Below are positions 18,824-26,956 of a stretch of 37,317 nt of DNA, in pieces (positions within the stretch are counted from its first letter, which is position 1; each line of letters begins with the position of its first letter). Position numbers and translations under genes: made by a program. The notes beneath the pieces were generated by a model that saw nothing but the letters and a program-made list of their open reading frames with translations, was not told the DNA's origin and searched no databases. The stretch comes from a virus (taxonomy: Duplodnaviria; Caudoviricetes): IMG/VR virus record IMGVR_UViG_3300048598_000587, positions 1-37,317 of that record; one strand, 5' to 3'.

Positions 18824-19273
18824 TTAGCGCCCCATCCAGCCCTTGAGGGCTTCAATCAGGTTTTGCAAGCCGGCCGTGGTCAGGCTGTCGAGATTCGGCA
18901 CCGGGTGATTCACCTGGCGCGCACACCAGGCGAGCAGCGCCGGCCGGCTGGCGTTCTCGACCTTGCCGGCCGCGCCCAGCTTGCCCCACAGGCGAACCAG
19001 GTGAGCGATCTGGGGCGGCACCTTCTTTGCCGTGGCGCCTTTGCCGAATACCTTCTTCTGGCGCGGCCAGCCCCGGCGCTCGTAGGCATCGAGCACGAGG
19101 CCCAGCTGCGGCACGCTCATCGTGCTGGCCGATACCTTGCCCTCGACCACCTTGCCGCCGTAGGTGCCGAGCAGATCGCGGTGACACTCATCGGACCAGC
19201 CGGCCAGATGCTTCATCGCCCAAGTCTTGGCAATGCCGACCAACTGCAGGTGATGCTTGTTCAGGTCGCTCAT
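18824..19273 (-). CDS. gemA: GemA / DUF1018 regulatory protein
   Basis: IAK...DE.HRDLL...SAS.MS..QL..VLD...GW; LWGKL; LIEALKGW. Confidence 0.85.
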   Translation of the reverse strand: MSDLNKHHLQLVGIAKTWAMKHLAGWSDECHRDLLGTYGGKVVEGKVSASTMSVPQLGLVLDAYERRGWPRQKKVFGKGATAKKVPPQIAHLVRLWGKLGAAGKVENASRPALLAWCARQVNHPVPNLDSLTTAGLQNLIEALKGWMGR

Positions 19274-19485
19274 GATTTGCGGGCCTCCATCATGGCGTCG
19301 GCCAGCCGATAGCAGTCTTCAGCGATGCTGCTGGAAAACTCGCAAGGCTCCTCATGCGGCGCCCAGGATGCCAGGTAGCCCGTCAGCGCTGCCATCGCAA
19401 ACCGGTCCCGCAAGGTCTCGCGGGCGGCGGCCAGTTCGCGCTCCAGGTGGCGCACCTGGGCGGCGTAGATGTCTTCGTCGCTCAT
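19270..19485 (-). CDS. Hypothetical phage protein
   Basis: TLRDRFAMAAL...YRLADAMMEAR, a common phage early-gene motif. Confidence 0.75.
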   Translation of the reverse strand: MSDEDIYAAQVRHLERELAAARETLRDRFAMAALTGYLASWAPHEEPCEFSSSIAEDCYRLADAMMEARKS

Positions 19486-19679
19486 TGCACATCCTCCGGA
19501 ACACGCTCGGGCAGCGAGGTAAAGAAGGTGATACGCGGCTTGCGGTCGGGGAAACAGGCGAAGAAGGCTTCGAAGTAGCCATCAACCGCAGCAGCGAACA
19601 CCGTCACCGGGTGGAACAGCAGAGACTGCCAGCGCGGGGCGCGCATGGGGAACAGGCGGCGCTTGAGTTCGGGCGTCAT
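19482..19679 (-). CDS. Hypothetical protein
   Basis: ATGA-coupled at both ends. Confidence 0.6.
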   Translation of the reverse strand: MTPELKRRLFPMRAPRWQSLLFHPVTVFAAAVDGYFEAFFACFPDRKPRITFFTSLPERVPEDVQ

Positions 19680-19846
19680 TTTGTGACCGCCTTCTGCGCC
19701 ACGTTGCCGGCGATGTAGCCGCCGACGGTTGCGATGACCACCGCCGAATACACGCCATCGGCGATATGCCCGGTGGCGACCAGCGCGCTGGCACTGGACA
19801 GCGTGGCCAGTGCGATCAGGAATTTACGGGAGGCGTAGCGGTTCAT
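19676..19846 (-). CDS. Small two-helix membrane protein (56 aa), missing from the ORF track
   Basis: MNRYASRKFLIALATLSSASALVATGHIADGVYSAVVIATVGGYIAGNVAQKAVTK; ATGA overlaps with both neighbours. Confidence 0.7.
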   Translation of the reverse strand: MNRYASRKFLIALATLSSASALVATGHIADGVYSAVVIATVGGYIAGNVAQKAVTK

Positions 19847-20298
19847 GATGGCTGCGCCTGATCGTCGATTGCCTCACCGAGACTGCCGGCCGGGTAGCTG
19901 GCTGTGGCTGGCTGCGAAGTGACCCGGTTGGCCGGGTGGCTTTCGTCGACTTCCCACCCTTGACCAAGCAATGCTTCAGCAACTTCAATTTCGTCGGCAA
20001 TGGCGACGATGTCGATTGCTCCAGTCATGCAGTCAGTGTGCAGGCCGATGCTGGCCAGCAGGTTGCGCAACGCCATCTCAATCTGTGATTCGAGGCGCAG
20101 CTTGCTCAGTGCAAAGTCAGCAATAGGCTCTGACTGCAGAAAGCGATACTCGGTACTATTCCCGTCCGGCTGAACGATCACCATTGAGGAACCGTGGTCA
20201 CCAGGCTCGCGACTGAAAAGGACTTCCATACCAACCGGCATGGAACGGCCGATCATCTTGATTGCATCGGCAAGTGACTTTTGGGCATCCATGATCAC
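19843..20298 (-). CDS. Hypothetical protein
   Basis: Coupled ORF in the early operon. Confidence 0.6.
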   Translation of the reverse strand: MIMDAQKSLADAIKMIGRSMPVGMEVLFSREPGDHGSSMVIVQPDGNSTEYRFLQSEPIADFALSKLRLESQIEMALRNLLASIGLHTDCMTGAIDIVAIADEIEVAEALLGQGWEVDESHPANRVTSQPATASYPAGSLGEAIDDQAQPS

Positions 20299-20915
20299 AC
20301 CCCCGCAACATCGAGCGGAATGGCTTCGTACTTGTCGCTTTCGCCGATCCGCTTGTAAAAGCGCACATAGGACTTGCTGCCGACGACCTGCAGGCTTTCA
20401 CCGATGGCCGTCATCGCCCGCTGCCACTTCTCATCGGTGATATCGAGGCGGCGCAGGGCGAGCACGCGGCCGGTGTTGATGTTGCCTTCCTTGTCGGTCT
20501 GGAAGGCGTCTTGCACCAGCACCTTGATCTCCGGCCGTGCCGACTGGCTCCAGTCGATGATGCATTCGTCAATCAGGTGCTTTGCGGCCACCAAGCGTTC
20601 GTCGAACACCATGTTTTCGGCGATGGCCACCTGCACCTTGTATTCGCCGTCAAAGCTGTACAGCGTGGTGTTGCCCTTCTTCCCGCCGAACTTGACGCCG
20701 TACTGCTCGCCGGAGAGCGTTACGAAGGCGGCGATATCGGCAAAGCAGCGGGTTTTGAACTGGCCCAGGGCTTTGCTGACTTCCGTTGCAGACTTGGCCA
20801 GTTCGAGCACCAGCTCATCGCGAGTGCGGTCAATCGGCTTGATCAGGGTTTCCGGAACCAGCCGGCCGCTGGCGTCTTTGCGGTAGCCGGCGGGCACCAT
20901 GTTCTCTTGTTTCAT
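20295..20915 (-). CDS. DUF3164 family protein
   Basis: DASGRLVP..IKPID, GGKKGN.TL.SFDG, FDERL, WQRAM.AI and SKSYVRFY motifs. Confidence 0.85.
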   Translation of the reverse strand: MKQENMVPAGYRKDASGRLVPETLIKPIDRTRDELVLELAKSATEVSKALGQFKTRCFADIAAFVTLSGEQYGVKFGGKKGNTTLYSFDGEYKVQVAIAENMVFDERLVAAKHLIDECIIDWSQSARPEIKVLVQDAFQTDKEGNINTGRVLALRRLDITDEKWQRAMTAIGESLQVVGSKSYVRFYKRIGESDKYEAIPLDVAGV

Positions 20916-20927
20916 GGGTAATTCCTT

Positions 20928-21194
20928 TCAGGGGTGATAAGGCGAGGTTTCTTTCGTCCGGCAGCGGCCGCACAAGCGGTGATGCGGGCCGTCCGACATG
21001 AACTTGGTGCGACAGCACATGCATTCGCGCTCTTTGCGTTCGGGCTTCGGGGCCAGGGTTTCAAGCCGGCGATAGACCGAGCTTTCAGCACGACCGAGGC
21101 GCTTTGCCATGGCAATCGGCGAGACACCAGCTGCTTTCCACTCGCGCAGCGACTTGTCTTCTGCGGCCGACCATTTGCTGACGCCGGTGCTCAT
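20928..21194 (-). CDS. HTH plus C4 zinc-finger protein
   Basis: WSAAEDKSL...MAKRLGRAESSVYRR followed by CMCC...CGRC; start MSTG (21194). Confidence 0.7.
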   Translation of the reverse strand: MSTGVSKWSAAEDKSLREWKAAGVSPIAMAKRLGRAESSVYRRLETLAPKPERKERECMCCRTKFMSDGPHHRLCGRCRTKETSPYHP

Positions 21195-21424
21195 GCCGAC
21201 CGCCTGCAGGTGACATGCACATTCGGGCAACCGGTCAGAGTGCGGTGCGGGTTGCGGTCGACCACGATTTCAGTCGGTTTGTCGCGGTCGCCCACGGCCT
21301 GGCTGATGACGCGGACGCCCAGCCCGCGCAACTGGCGCATGGCGCGATTGGCCTCGGCCAGGCGGCAGAGGAAGGTAGGGCTGAATACCCTGGGCCGCGC
21401 GCTGATCTGAATAACGTTCTCCAT
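21191..21424 (-). CDS. Hypothetical protein
   Basis: AGGAG RBS before ATG 21424; coupled to the next gene. Confidence 0.6.
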   Translation of the reverse strand: MENVIQISARPRVFSPTFLCRLAEANRAMRQLRGLGVRVISQAVGDRDKPTEIVVDRNPHRTLTGCPNVHVTCRRSA

Positions 21425-21434
21425 GGAATGACTC

Positions 21435-22379
21435 CTAGGCGAGGGATTGCAGGCACAGGGCCTGTTTAGCCACGGCATCGACCAACTTGACGTCGAGCGG
21501 GCGGGACTTGCGGAATTCCTTGATGCCGGCAATGAGGCCCTCAACCAGCATCCGGGCGCTGCCTTTGCTGTAGGCGAACAGGCGGGCGATTACGTCGTCG
21601 CTGACCTCTTCGCTACCGAAGGCGGACTGCACCAGGGCTGCAGCGTCCTCGGCAGTGATACCGGTCACCGTGCCGGGCCAGAATCCGGTACGGCTGCGGA
21701 TCTGATCGAACTGGCCATGCTGCGGCTTGATCAAGCCCGAGAGGTGTTCGGTACCGGCCAGCACGATGCCGATGCCGGCAAGGTCGCGCACCCGGCGAAT
21801 GGTGTGCAGCTGGTTGGGGGTCAGCGTCTCGGCTTCATCGACGATCAGCAGCGCGTCGGTGTTCTTGAGGCTGGCGACCAGTTCGTCGAACTTGTCGGCG
21901 ATGCTGCCTTTACCGGTACCGACCACCAGGCGATAGAGCTGCTTGGTCAGGCTGGCCTGCGTCATGGTCGGCGCGGCCTCGATAAAGTAGGTATTCGGGT
22001 GCGTGGCAACGTAATACTTGAGCGCAAAGGTCTTGCCAGTGCCGACCCAGCCTGTCATGACAGCAAAGTTGCGATAGCGGCGCGCCATGTCGCAGGCGGT
22101 GTTGACCAGCTTGAAAACGCTGGTGTTAACCGGTGCCATGGCGTGGCCGCTGGTTTCGTCGGCGTGGCGCATGGCTTGCTCGACAGCCGCCAGCAGCTTG
22201 CTGGGGCTGGTCGCATACACGCCCTTGATGATCTGGTTGAGGCTGCTGCTGCTGATGCGAGCCAGGCGAGCCAGAGCAGCCTGGGTATATTCACGGGCGG
22301 CGATCCATGCCTTGATCGATTCGATCAGCGTGGCATCGGCAGCGGTGTAGTGGCTGGGCCACTGGATAGATTCAGTCAT
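21435..22379 (-). CDS. Transposition AAA+ ATPase (MuB-like) with N-terminal HTH
   Basis: Walker A GWVGTGKT, Walker B LLIVDEAE, QIRSR arginine finger; GAGG RBS before ATG 22379. Confidence 0.92.
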   Translation of the reverse strand: MTESIQWPSHYTAADATLIESIKAWIAAREYTQAALARLARISSSSLNQIIKGVYATSPSKLLAAVEQAMRHADETSGHAMAPVNTSVFKLVNTACDMARRYRNFAVMTGWVGTGKTFALKYYVATHPNTYFIEAAPTMTQASLTKQLYRLVVGTGKGSIADKFDELVASLKNTDALLIVDEAETLTPNQLHTIRRVRDLAGIGIVLAGTEHLSGLIKPQHGQFDQIRSRTGFWPGTVTGITAEDAAALVQSAFGSEEVSDDVIARLFAYSKGSARMLVEGLIAGIKEFRKSRPLDVKLVDAVAKQALCLQSLA

Positions 22380-22389
22380 CGTGTTCACC

Positions 22390-24039
22390 TCAGTCTTCGA
22401 AAAGGTTGATTTCGTCGTCGCCGGCATCCAGCAGACGGGTGGCCGTGCCTTCCAGGGCGGCACCGTCGGCAACGGTGTCGGCATCGATCAGCAGGCCGGC
22501 ACGGGCCTTCTGTTCGTCCATCTTCTGTTCCAGGCGCTTGAGCGCATCGCCAGCCCGCGCCTGGCGCTTTTCTTCCAGGCGGTTGGTATCAATGGCATTG
22601 ATGGTGCGGATCAGGTTGGCGTCACAAATCCACCGGCCATCCTGAGTACGCATCACGCCGACCCGGTTGTCGTACAGGTCGTATTCCAGTACCAACTGAG
22701 TACCGTTGAAGGCATGCAGATCCGGGTGACCATAGAAGCGCTTGCCGTGCTTGACGCTGGCCTTGCGGACGGTGAGCAGCACCGCCTGGCGCTTGAGTTC
22801 GGTTACACCGGCATGCGGCGCAATCGGCATCAGTTCGGACCACACCTGAGCACGGGTGACGTGCTTGTTTTCCGGGTGCGGGCGAGCGTGGTAACGATCA
22901 AGCCAAGCGTTGAACGCCTCGGTGAATTGCGTCAGCGATGGGAGCTGCAGCCGGCCGGCCTTGATATCGCGCACCGTGCGCTGCAAAACCTCGGGTGCCA
23001 TGTCGTCGCCGCAGTAGAACTCCGGCATCCACATCTTCAAGAAGTCTTCTTTCATGGTGCGGAAGAAGCGCTCGATCCAGCCCTTGCCATGCGGGTTGCC
23101 CGGTATGGCGTGGATCACCTGCTGCACCCCGGCGCGGGCATAGAAGCCGCACGCGTCATCGCTCATCAGGAAGTTCTTGTAGCCCGAGCCGTTGTCGACG
23201 TAGAGGAAAGGCGGCACATGGCCCCAGCGGGCGAACGTCTCTGCCCACATGTTCTGCACGGCATAGGTGCCTTCGTGCTCGTCGGCGCGCCAGCCGGGAA
23301 TGAAGCGGCTACGCATGCACATGCAGACCGTCAGCTCGGGGCGCCAGATGTCGCCGGTAACCGGGTGGGCGAGATACATGTCGGCACGGTAGCCGTCGGC
23401 TACGTACACATCGCCCGGCAGTGCGTTCTCGGTCGACCGGCGGATATAGGCCTTTTGAGACAGGCGGTAGAGGTTCGGACCCAGCCGCGCCGGGCTGTTG
23501 CGCCCAACCATGGCCGGCACGCTGGAAAGGTAGTTGCGCACCTGGTCGTAACTCACCGGGAAGCCATCTTTCTCAACCAGATCGTGATAGACCGCTGCCA
23601 TGGAAGGCTTTGACGGCTGGTTGAAATACTCCAGCGCCGGCCCCCACCAGCCAGCGGCCTCAACGACGCGGCCCTTGTGATCGGGCAGCAGCGCCGGGAC
23701 GCCACCTTCGCGGTAGAGGGCGCACCACTCGCAGATTGCCGAGCGCGATGGCGCCGCCCGACCAGCCTTGGCGGCACCGGCCAGCATGGTGGCGACATGG
23801 CGCGGCAGCGAGCCGGCCAGACCACGCTCCAGCAGCAGGTTCACCGCGTTGTTCTGGGTCACGCCGGCATCGGTCAGGCTGCGTACGTAGAGCACAACCC
23901 CTTCACGGCTAAGCGCGGCCTGGCGGGCGCGGTCGGTCGCTTCACGCCAGGGGTCGCGCTGGCGCAGGGCCAGCACCTGGGCAACCGGCTGCACTGCAAC
24001 CGGGCCGCCGGGGCTGGTCGGCACAATGCGTTTAATCAT
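22390..24039 (-). CDS. DDE transposase (MuA/rve type)
   Basis: YVADG, YVDNGSGY and KGWIERFF catalytic triad; YHARPH; Mu-transposase-like C-terminus; start at 24039 (GGGGGAG RBS) or 24054. Confidence 0.95.
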   Translation of the reverse strand: MIKRIVPTSPGGPVAVQPVAQVLALRQRDPWREATDRARQAALSREGVVLYVRSLTDAGVTQNNAVNLLLERGLAGSLPRHVATMLAGAAKAGRAAPSRSAICEWCALYREGGVPALLPDHKGRVVEAAGWWGPALEYFNQPSKPSMAAVYHDLVEKDGFPVSYDQVRNYLSSVPAMVGRNSPARLGPNLYRLSQKAYIRRSTENALPGDVYVADGYRADMYLAHPVTGDIWRPELTVCMCMRSRFIPGWRADEHEGTYAVQNMWAETFARWGHVPPFLYVDNGSGYKNFLMSDDACGFYARAGVQQVIHAIPGNPHGKGWIERFFRTMKEDFLKMWMPEFYCGDDMAPEVLQRTVRDIKAGRLQLPSLTQFTEAFNAWLDRYHARPHPENKHVTRAQVWSELMPIAPHAGVTELKRQAVLLTVRKASVKHGKRFYGHPDLHAFNGTQLVLEYDLYDNRVGVMRTQDGRWICDANLIRTINAIDTNRLEEKRQARAGDALKRLEQKMDEQKARAGLLIDADTVADGAALEGTATRLLDAGDDEINLFED

Positions 24040-24057
24040 GGCTCCCCCGCGCATGGC

Positions 24058-25344
24058 TTATTCCTCTGCACCCTTGTTCTTCGCGCCTGCCGGGCGACCA
24101 GGGCCGCGCGGGCGGGAAGCTTCTCGGCGGGATTCGCGCACCGCAGCCTCGGCGGCAAAGCGGTTTTCGATCAGCGGGTAATCCTGCAGCCAGCGAATGG
24201 CTTCATCCGGGGTCAGCATGTGTTGGGTCATGATGCGGGACGGCATGTCAGCCGGCGCCCGGGCACGCATGAATTCGAGCAGATCAAGAGAGCGAGCGAC
24301 CAGCGTATTGGCCACGATCCACAAATGTTCCATTTGCAGCTTGCCCTCCGGGGCTTCCGGGTCGGTGTCTTCGAACAGCTTGCGAAGGCTGTTCAAATGC
24401 AGTTCGGCGCCCAGTTGCAAGGCCATGCACTCTTCGCGCAATTCTTCGGTGCGCAGCAGGAAATCGGTGGTGCGCTTCTTTGCGGCAGAAAGGCGCTTTA
24501 CTTGGCTGTTGGCGCGCTCCAGTTCGGCCTCGTAATTCTTTTCGCGACGCTGCAGCGCCTTGATCTCTTCCTTGAGTTCGGCCACCGTCATCATGTCGGC
24601 CTTGCCGATCAGGTCGTTGCCGGATTCGGCGGCCTGGTCGATTACTTCCTTGGGCAACGATGCAAGCAACAGCGCATTTGATTTGCCAATGGTCAGAGCC
24701 TTGCTTCGCATGGCATCAGGCAGGCGGGCGTAAAACTTGGCCAGGCCAATAGCCTCATAAACACGCTGCTCGGTCAGATTGGATTCGGCAATCCAATCCT
24801 TGAATGACCGACTCCGCACATCCGGAGTCGCTTCCGAAATATCTGACTCCGCACGTCCGGAGTCGGTTTTAAGCGCTTCCTGAGCAGCCCAGAATGCCAC
24901 ACCAGCCCGGCACATCCGCACAGTGGCCTGGTTCATGTCATCGACCCCAGCTCGCACAAACTCTTCAGCCGTCAGGCCAATCAGGCCGAACTCGTGTAGG
25001 CAGACTTCGAGCTGTTTCTGTCCGGACTCAGCCACTGCTAACAACCCAGCGGACTCAAGTTGATCATGCAGCCGGACGACGCCAGCTTGGGCGTCGAGGG
25101 TGCTCAGATCGCCCAGAATTCTCGGGCTTTCGCCAATGCCGAGATCGATTTCAACCGGGCTGGACTCGGCCGCATCCAGCATTTCGTCCAGCGCTTCCAT
25201 TTCGCGATTGTGTTGATTTACAAGCTCAAGACTCTCAAGCGTTCCACCCTGCTCGATGTAAGCCTCAACCCACTTGGGCTGGCGGCCCTTGCCACTCCAT
25301 TCGAGTGAGCTTTCTTCCGGGTGGCGATATTTGACTTCAGACAT
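24058..25344 (-). CDS. Transposase-adjacent protein (DUF3102-like) with N-terminal H-NS-type DNA-binding domain
   Basis: N-terminus KYRHPEESSLEWSGKGRQPKWV...GGTLE; central FKDWIAES.LTEQRVYEAI; coiled coil; start 25344 overlaps the upstream stop. Confidence 0.7.
   Translation of the reverse strand: MSEVKYRHPEESSLEWSGKGRQPKWVEAYIEQGGTLESLELVNQHNREMEALDEMLDAAESSPVEIDLGIGESPRILGDLSTLDAQAGVVRLHDQLESAGLLAVAESGQKQLEVCLHEFGLIGLTAEEFVRAGVDDMNQATVRMCRAGVAFWAAQEALKTDSGRAESDISEATPDVRSRSFKDWIAESNLTEQRVYEAIGLAKFYARLPDAMRSKALTIGKSNALLLASLPKEVIDQAAESGNDLIGKADMMTVAELKEEIKALQRREKNYEAELERANSQVKRLSAAKKRTTDFLLRTEELREECMALQLGAELHLNSLRKLFEDTDPEAPEGKLQMEHLWIVANTLVARSLDLLEFMRARAPADMPSRIMTQHMLTPDEAIRWLQDYPLIENRFAAEAAVRESRREASRPRGPGRPAGAKNKGAEE
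24809..24865. repeat. Two copies of a palindrome (GACTCCG-N6-CGGAGTC) inside the CDS
   Basis: 24810-24830 and 24845-24865 match at 20 of 21 nt; offset 35 bp. Confidence 0.85.
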
Positions 25345-25552
25345 TTTCAATCTCCAGGGAAATGCGCTTGTCGCCGACGTAGCGCGTGGCAAGGTCGTGC
25401 TCGACCGACGCGTCAGCAATGCGAATCAGGGTTTGCGCCATAGCCAGCAGGTCGGCCGGGCGGATTTCCATGCCGTTGAACGGCTCGGAATCCAGGACAA
25501 CCAACGGGCGGCCGTGGCGGCAGCGGGTGAGCTTGGCGGTGATGGTTTTCAT
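25337..25552 (-). CDS. Hypothetical protein
   Basis: Coupled early ORF; GRPLVVLDS.PFNG.EIRP..L. Confidence 0.7.
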   Translation of the reverse strand: MKTITAKLTRCRHGRPLVVLDSEPFNGMEIRPADLLAMAQTLIRIADASVEHDLATRYVGDKRISLEIENV

Positions 25553-25734
25553 GACTGCAACTCAAGCCAGCCCTTGCTTCGGGCGAGACGCAAATAAATC
25601 GAGCAATGGCGACGTTGCGCCGCGTTGCTGCGTAGCGGAGTTCGCTGTTGTCCTATGTCTAGACAGAACTGGCCAAATGAACGCTCGCGGATCGCCATCC
25701 GGCGTGCGAGGTTGGCTCTGCTGATTTTCTTCAT
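25549..25734 (-). CDS. Small basic hypothetical protein
   Basis: ATGA overlaps with both neighbours. Confidence 0.5.
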   Translation of the reverse strand: MKKISRANLARRMAIRERSFGQFCLDIGQQRTPLRSNAAQRRHCSIYLRLARSKGWLELQS

Positions 25735-25958
25735 GCTGCATTCCTCATGCGCTCGTTAATGGAGGCGTAACGACCCGGCCAGAGGTCGGCGCGGTCGACG
25801 CCGACGATTTCCGAAATTGCCTTGGCGATACGTTCGGATTTACATGCGCCGTGGATGACGTTATGGACAGAAGTGATAGCCACCTCCAATTCCCGCGCCA
25901 CCTTGGCCTGACTTGATCCGCGCTTGCGGAGCGCGGCTTTGATGTCTTCCGGGTGCAT
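25731..25958 (-). CDS. ner: Ner/Nlp-like HTH regulator
   Basis: MHPEDIKAALRKRGSS...IA..IS...LWPGRY signature; first early gene, divergent from the repressor. Confidence 0.85.
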   Translation of the reverse strand: MHPEDIKAALRKRGSSQAKVARELEVAITSVHNVIHGACKSERIAKAISEIVGVDRADLWPGRYASINERMRNAA

Positions 25959-26027
25959 CACTGCTCCTTTCCTGATAAGCTAAGTTTTTACCCGTTGCGC
26001 ATTTCGTTTAGCGCAATCGTTAGGCTA

Positions 26028-26056
26028 ATTATGGTTCAGTTTTCTGAACCTTGCAA
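26028..26056 (-). promoter_or_regulatory. Early promoter with a palindromic operator in its spacer
   Basis: TTGCAA-17bp-CATAAT; GGTTCAG-N4-CTGAACC at 26033-26050 fills the spacer. Confidence 0.75.
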
Positions 26057-26075
26057 TACTTATGGTGAAAAAAAA

Positions 26076-26549
26076 ATGACCATCCATGTCAGAATAAAAA
26101 CCGAACGAGAACGGCTTGGCCTCAGCCAAACTGCATTTGGTGCTGTCGGTGATGTAGGCAAAACAACGGTGATTGCTTGGGAGCGCGGAACAGCATTCCC
26201 AAATGCAGCATTTCTCGCTGCCATTGCAGATATAGGTGCGGACGTTCAGTACATCGTCACTGGGAAGCCGTCTGATAGTTCCATAGCGCCCGATGAACAA
26301 CTATTGCTTGATGGGTATCGATCACTGGATATGGCAACTCGCAAACACACACTAGCCTTTGTGCTTACCGAGTCAGGCCCTGCAGCGGTCAGCAGAAAAA
26401 TCAAGGAATTGGTTGCCGATCAAGCGCAAAAGCAAATCACCGTAAATGCCATCGGAGACGGCGCCATAGCGGCTGGCAAAAAGATCACGAACAGGGGAAA
26501 GAAGGCCATGATCATTTCCGGCGACAACAATTCCCTGGGAAACAAATGA
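26076..26549 (+). CDS. Prophage repressor (XRE/Cro-C1 HTH)
   Basis: RIKTERERLGLSQ..FG...KTTVIAWERG..PNA.FL...GADVQYIVTG; DEQLLLDGYRSL; divergent from ner. Confidence 0.88.
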   Translation: MTIHVRIKTERERLGLSQTAFGAVGDVGKTTVIAWERGTAFPNAAFLAAIADIGADVQYIVTGKPSDSSIAPDEQLLLDGYRSLDMATRKHTLAFVLTESGPAAVSRKIKELVADQAQKQITVNAIGDGAIAAGKKITNRGKKAMIISGDNNSLGNK

Positions 26550-26627
26550 CCATCACCGGACTGATTGGCGCCCGATCAGTTGTCATACAGACCCTTCACC
26601 TGCACATGTACATCACGGGAAACTGAA

Positions 26628-26951
26628 ATGAACGAGCAATCCGTCAGCGAAGCGGCAACGATGGTCCCACCGCAAATCCTAGAAAACCTCAAGCAGCACA
26701 AGGCGCACCATCCAGACGTTACTTGCCTTGAATGTGGCTATAAAGGAATGATGGGAATTACGAGTGACGGTGCTCGTTTCGGGCTGTCGTTTTTTATCGC
26801 TCTACTACTGACCATCGGCTTTGCACCATTCGGCTTGTTCGGATTTATATGGTCTCCAGCCATCTTCGGATTCAGTTTTATCATTGCTTTACAGCGAACA
26901 GCAAAGCCAGTTGTGATGTGCCCGAACTGCATGAAAGAGCTCGCGATCTAG
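26628..26951 (+). CDS. Membrane protein with two CxxC knuckles flanking a hydrophobic hairpin
   Basis: CLECG - two hydrophobic segments - CPNC. Confidence 0.75.
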   Translation: MNEQSVSEAATMVPPQILENLKQHKAHHPDVTCLECGYKGMMGITSDGARFGLSFFIALLLTIGFAPFGLFGFIWSPAIFGFSFIIALQRTAKPVVMCPNCMKELAI

Positions 26952-26956
26952 TCCCA

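Noticed and set aside
21435-24054. Independent IS21/Tn7-like element (transposase plus ATPase)
   Set aside because: Genes are embedded in the phage early operon with no flanking inverted repeats; they are the phage's own replication module
25953-26075. N-terminal extension of the repressor ORF
   Set aside because: Overlaps ner and the promoter/operator region; the HTH domain begins at ATG 26076
26616-26623. Fourth late-promoter motif (CGGGAAAC)
   Set aside because: Only a half-site, lacking the TTTCC arm; overlaps the likely RBS region of the 26628 gene
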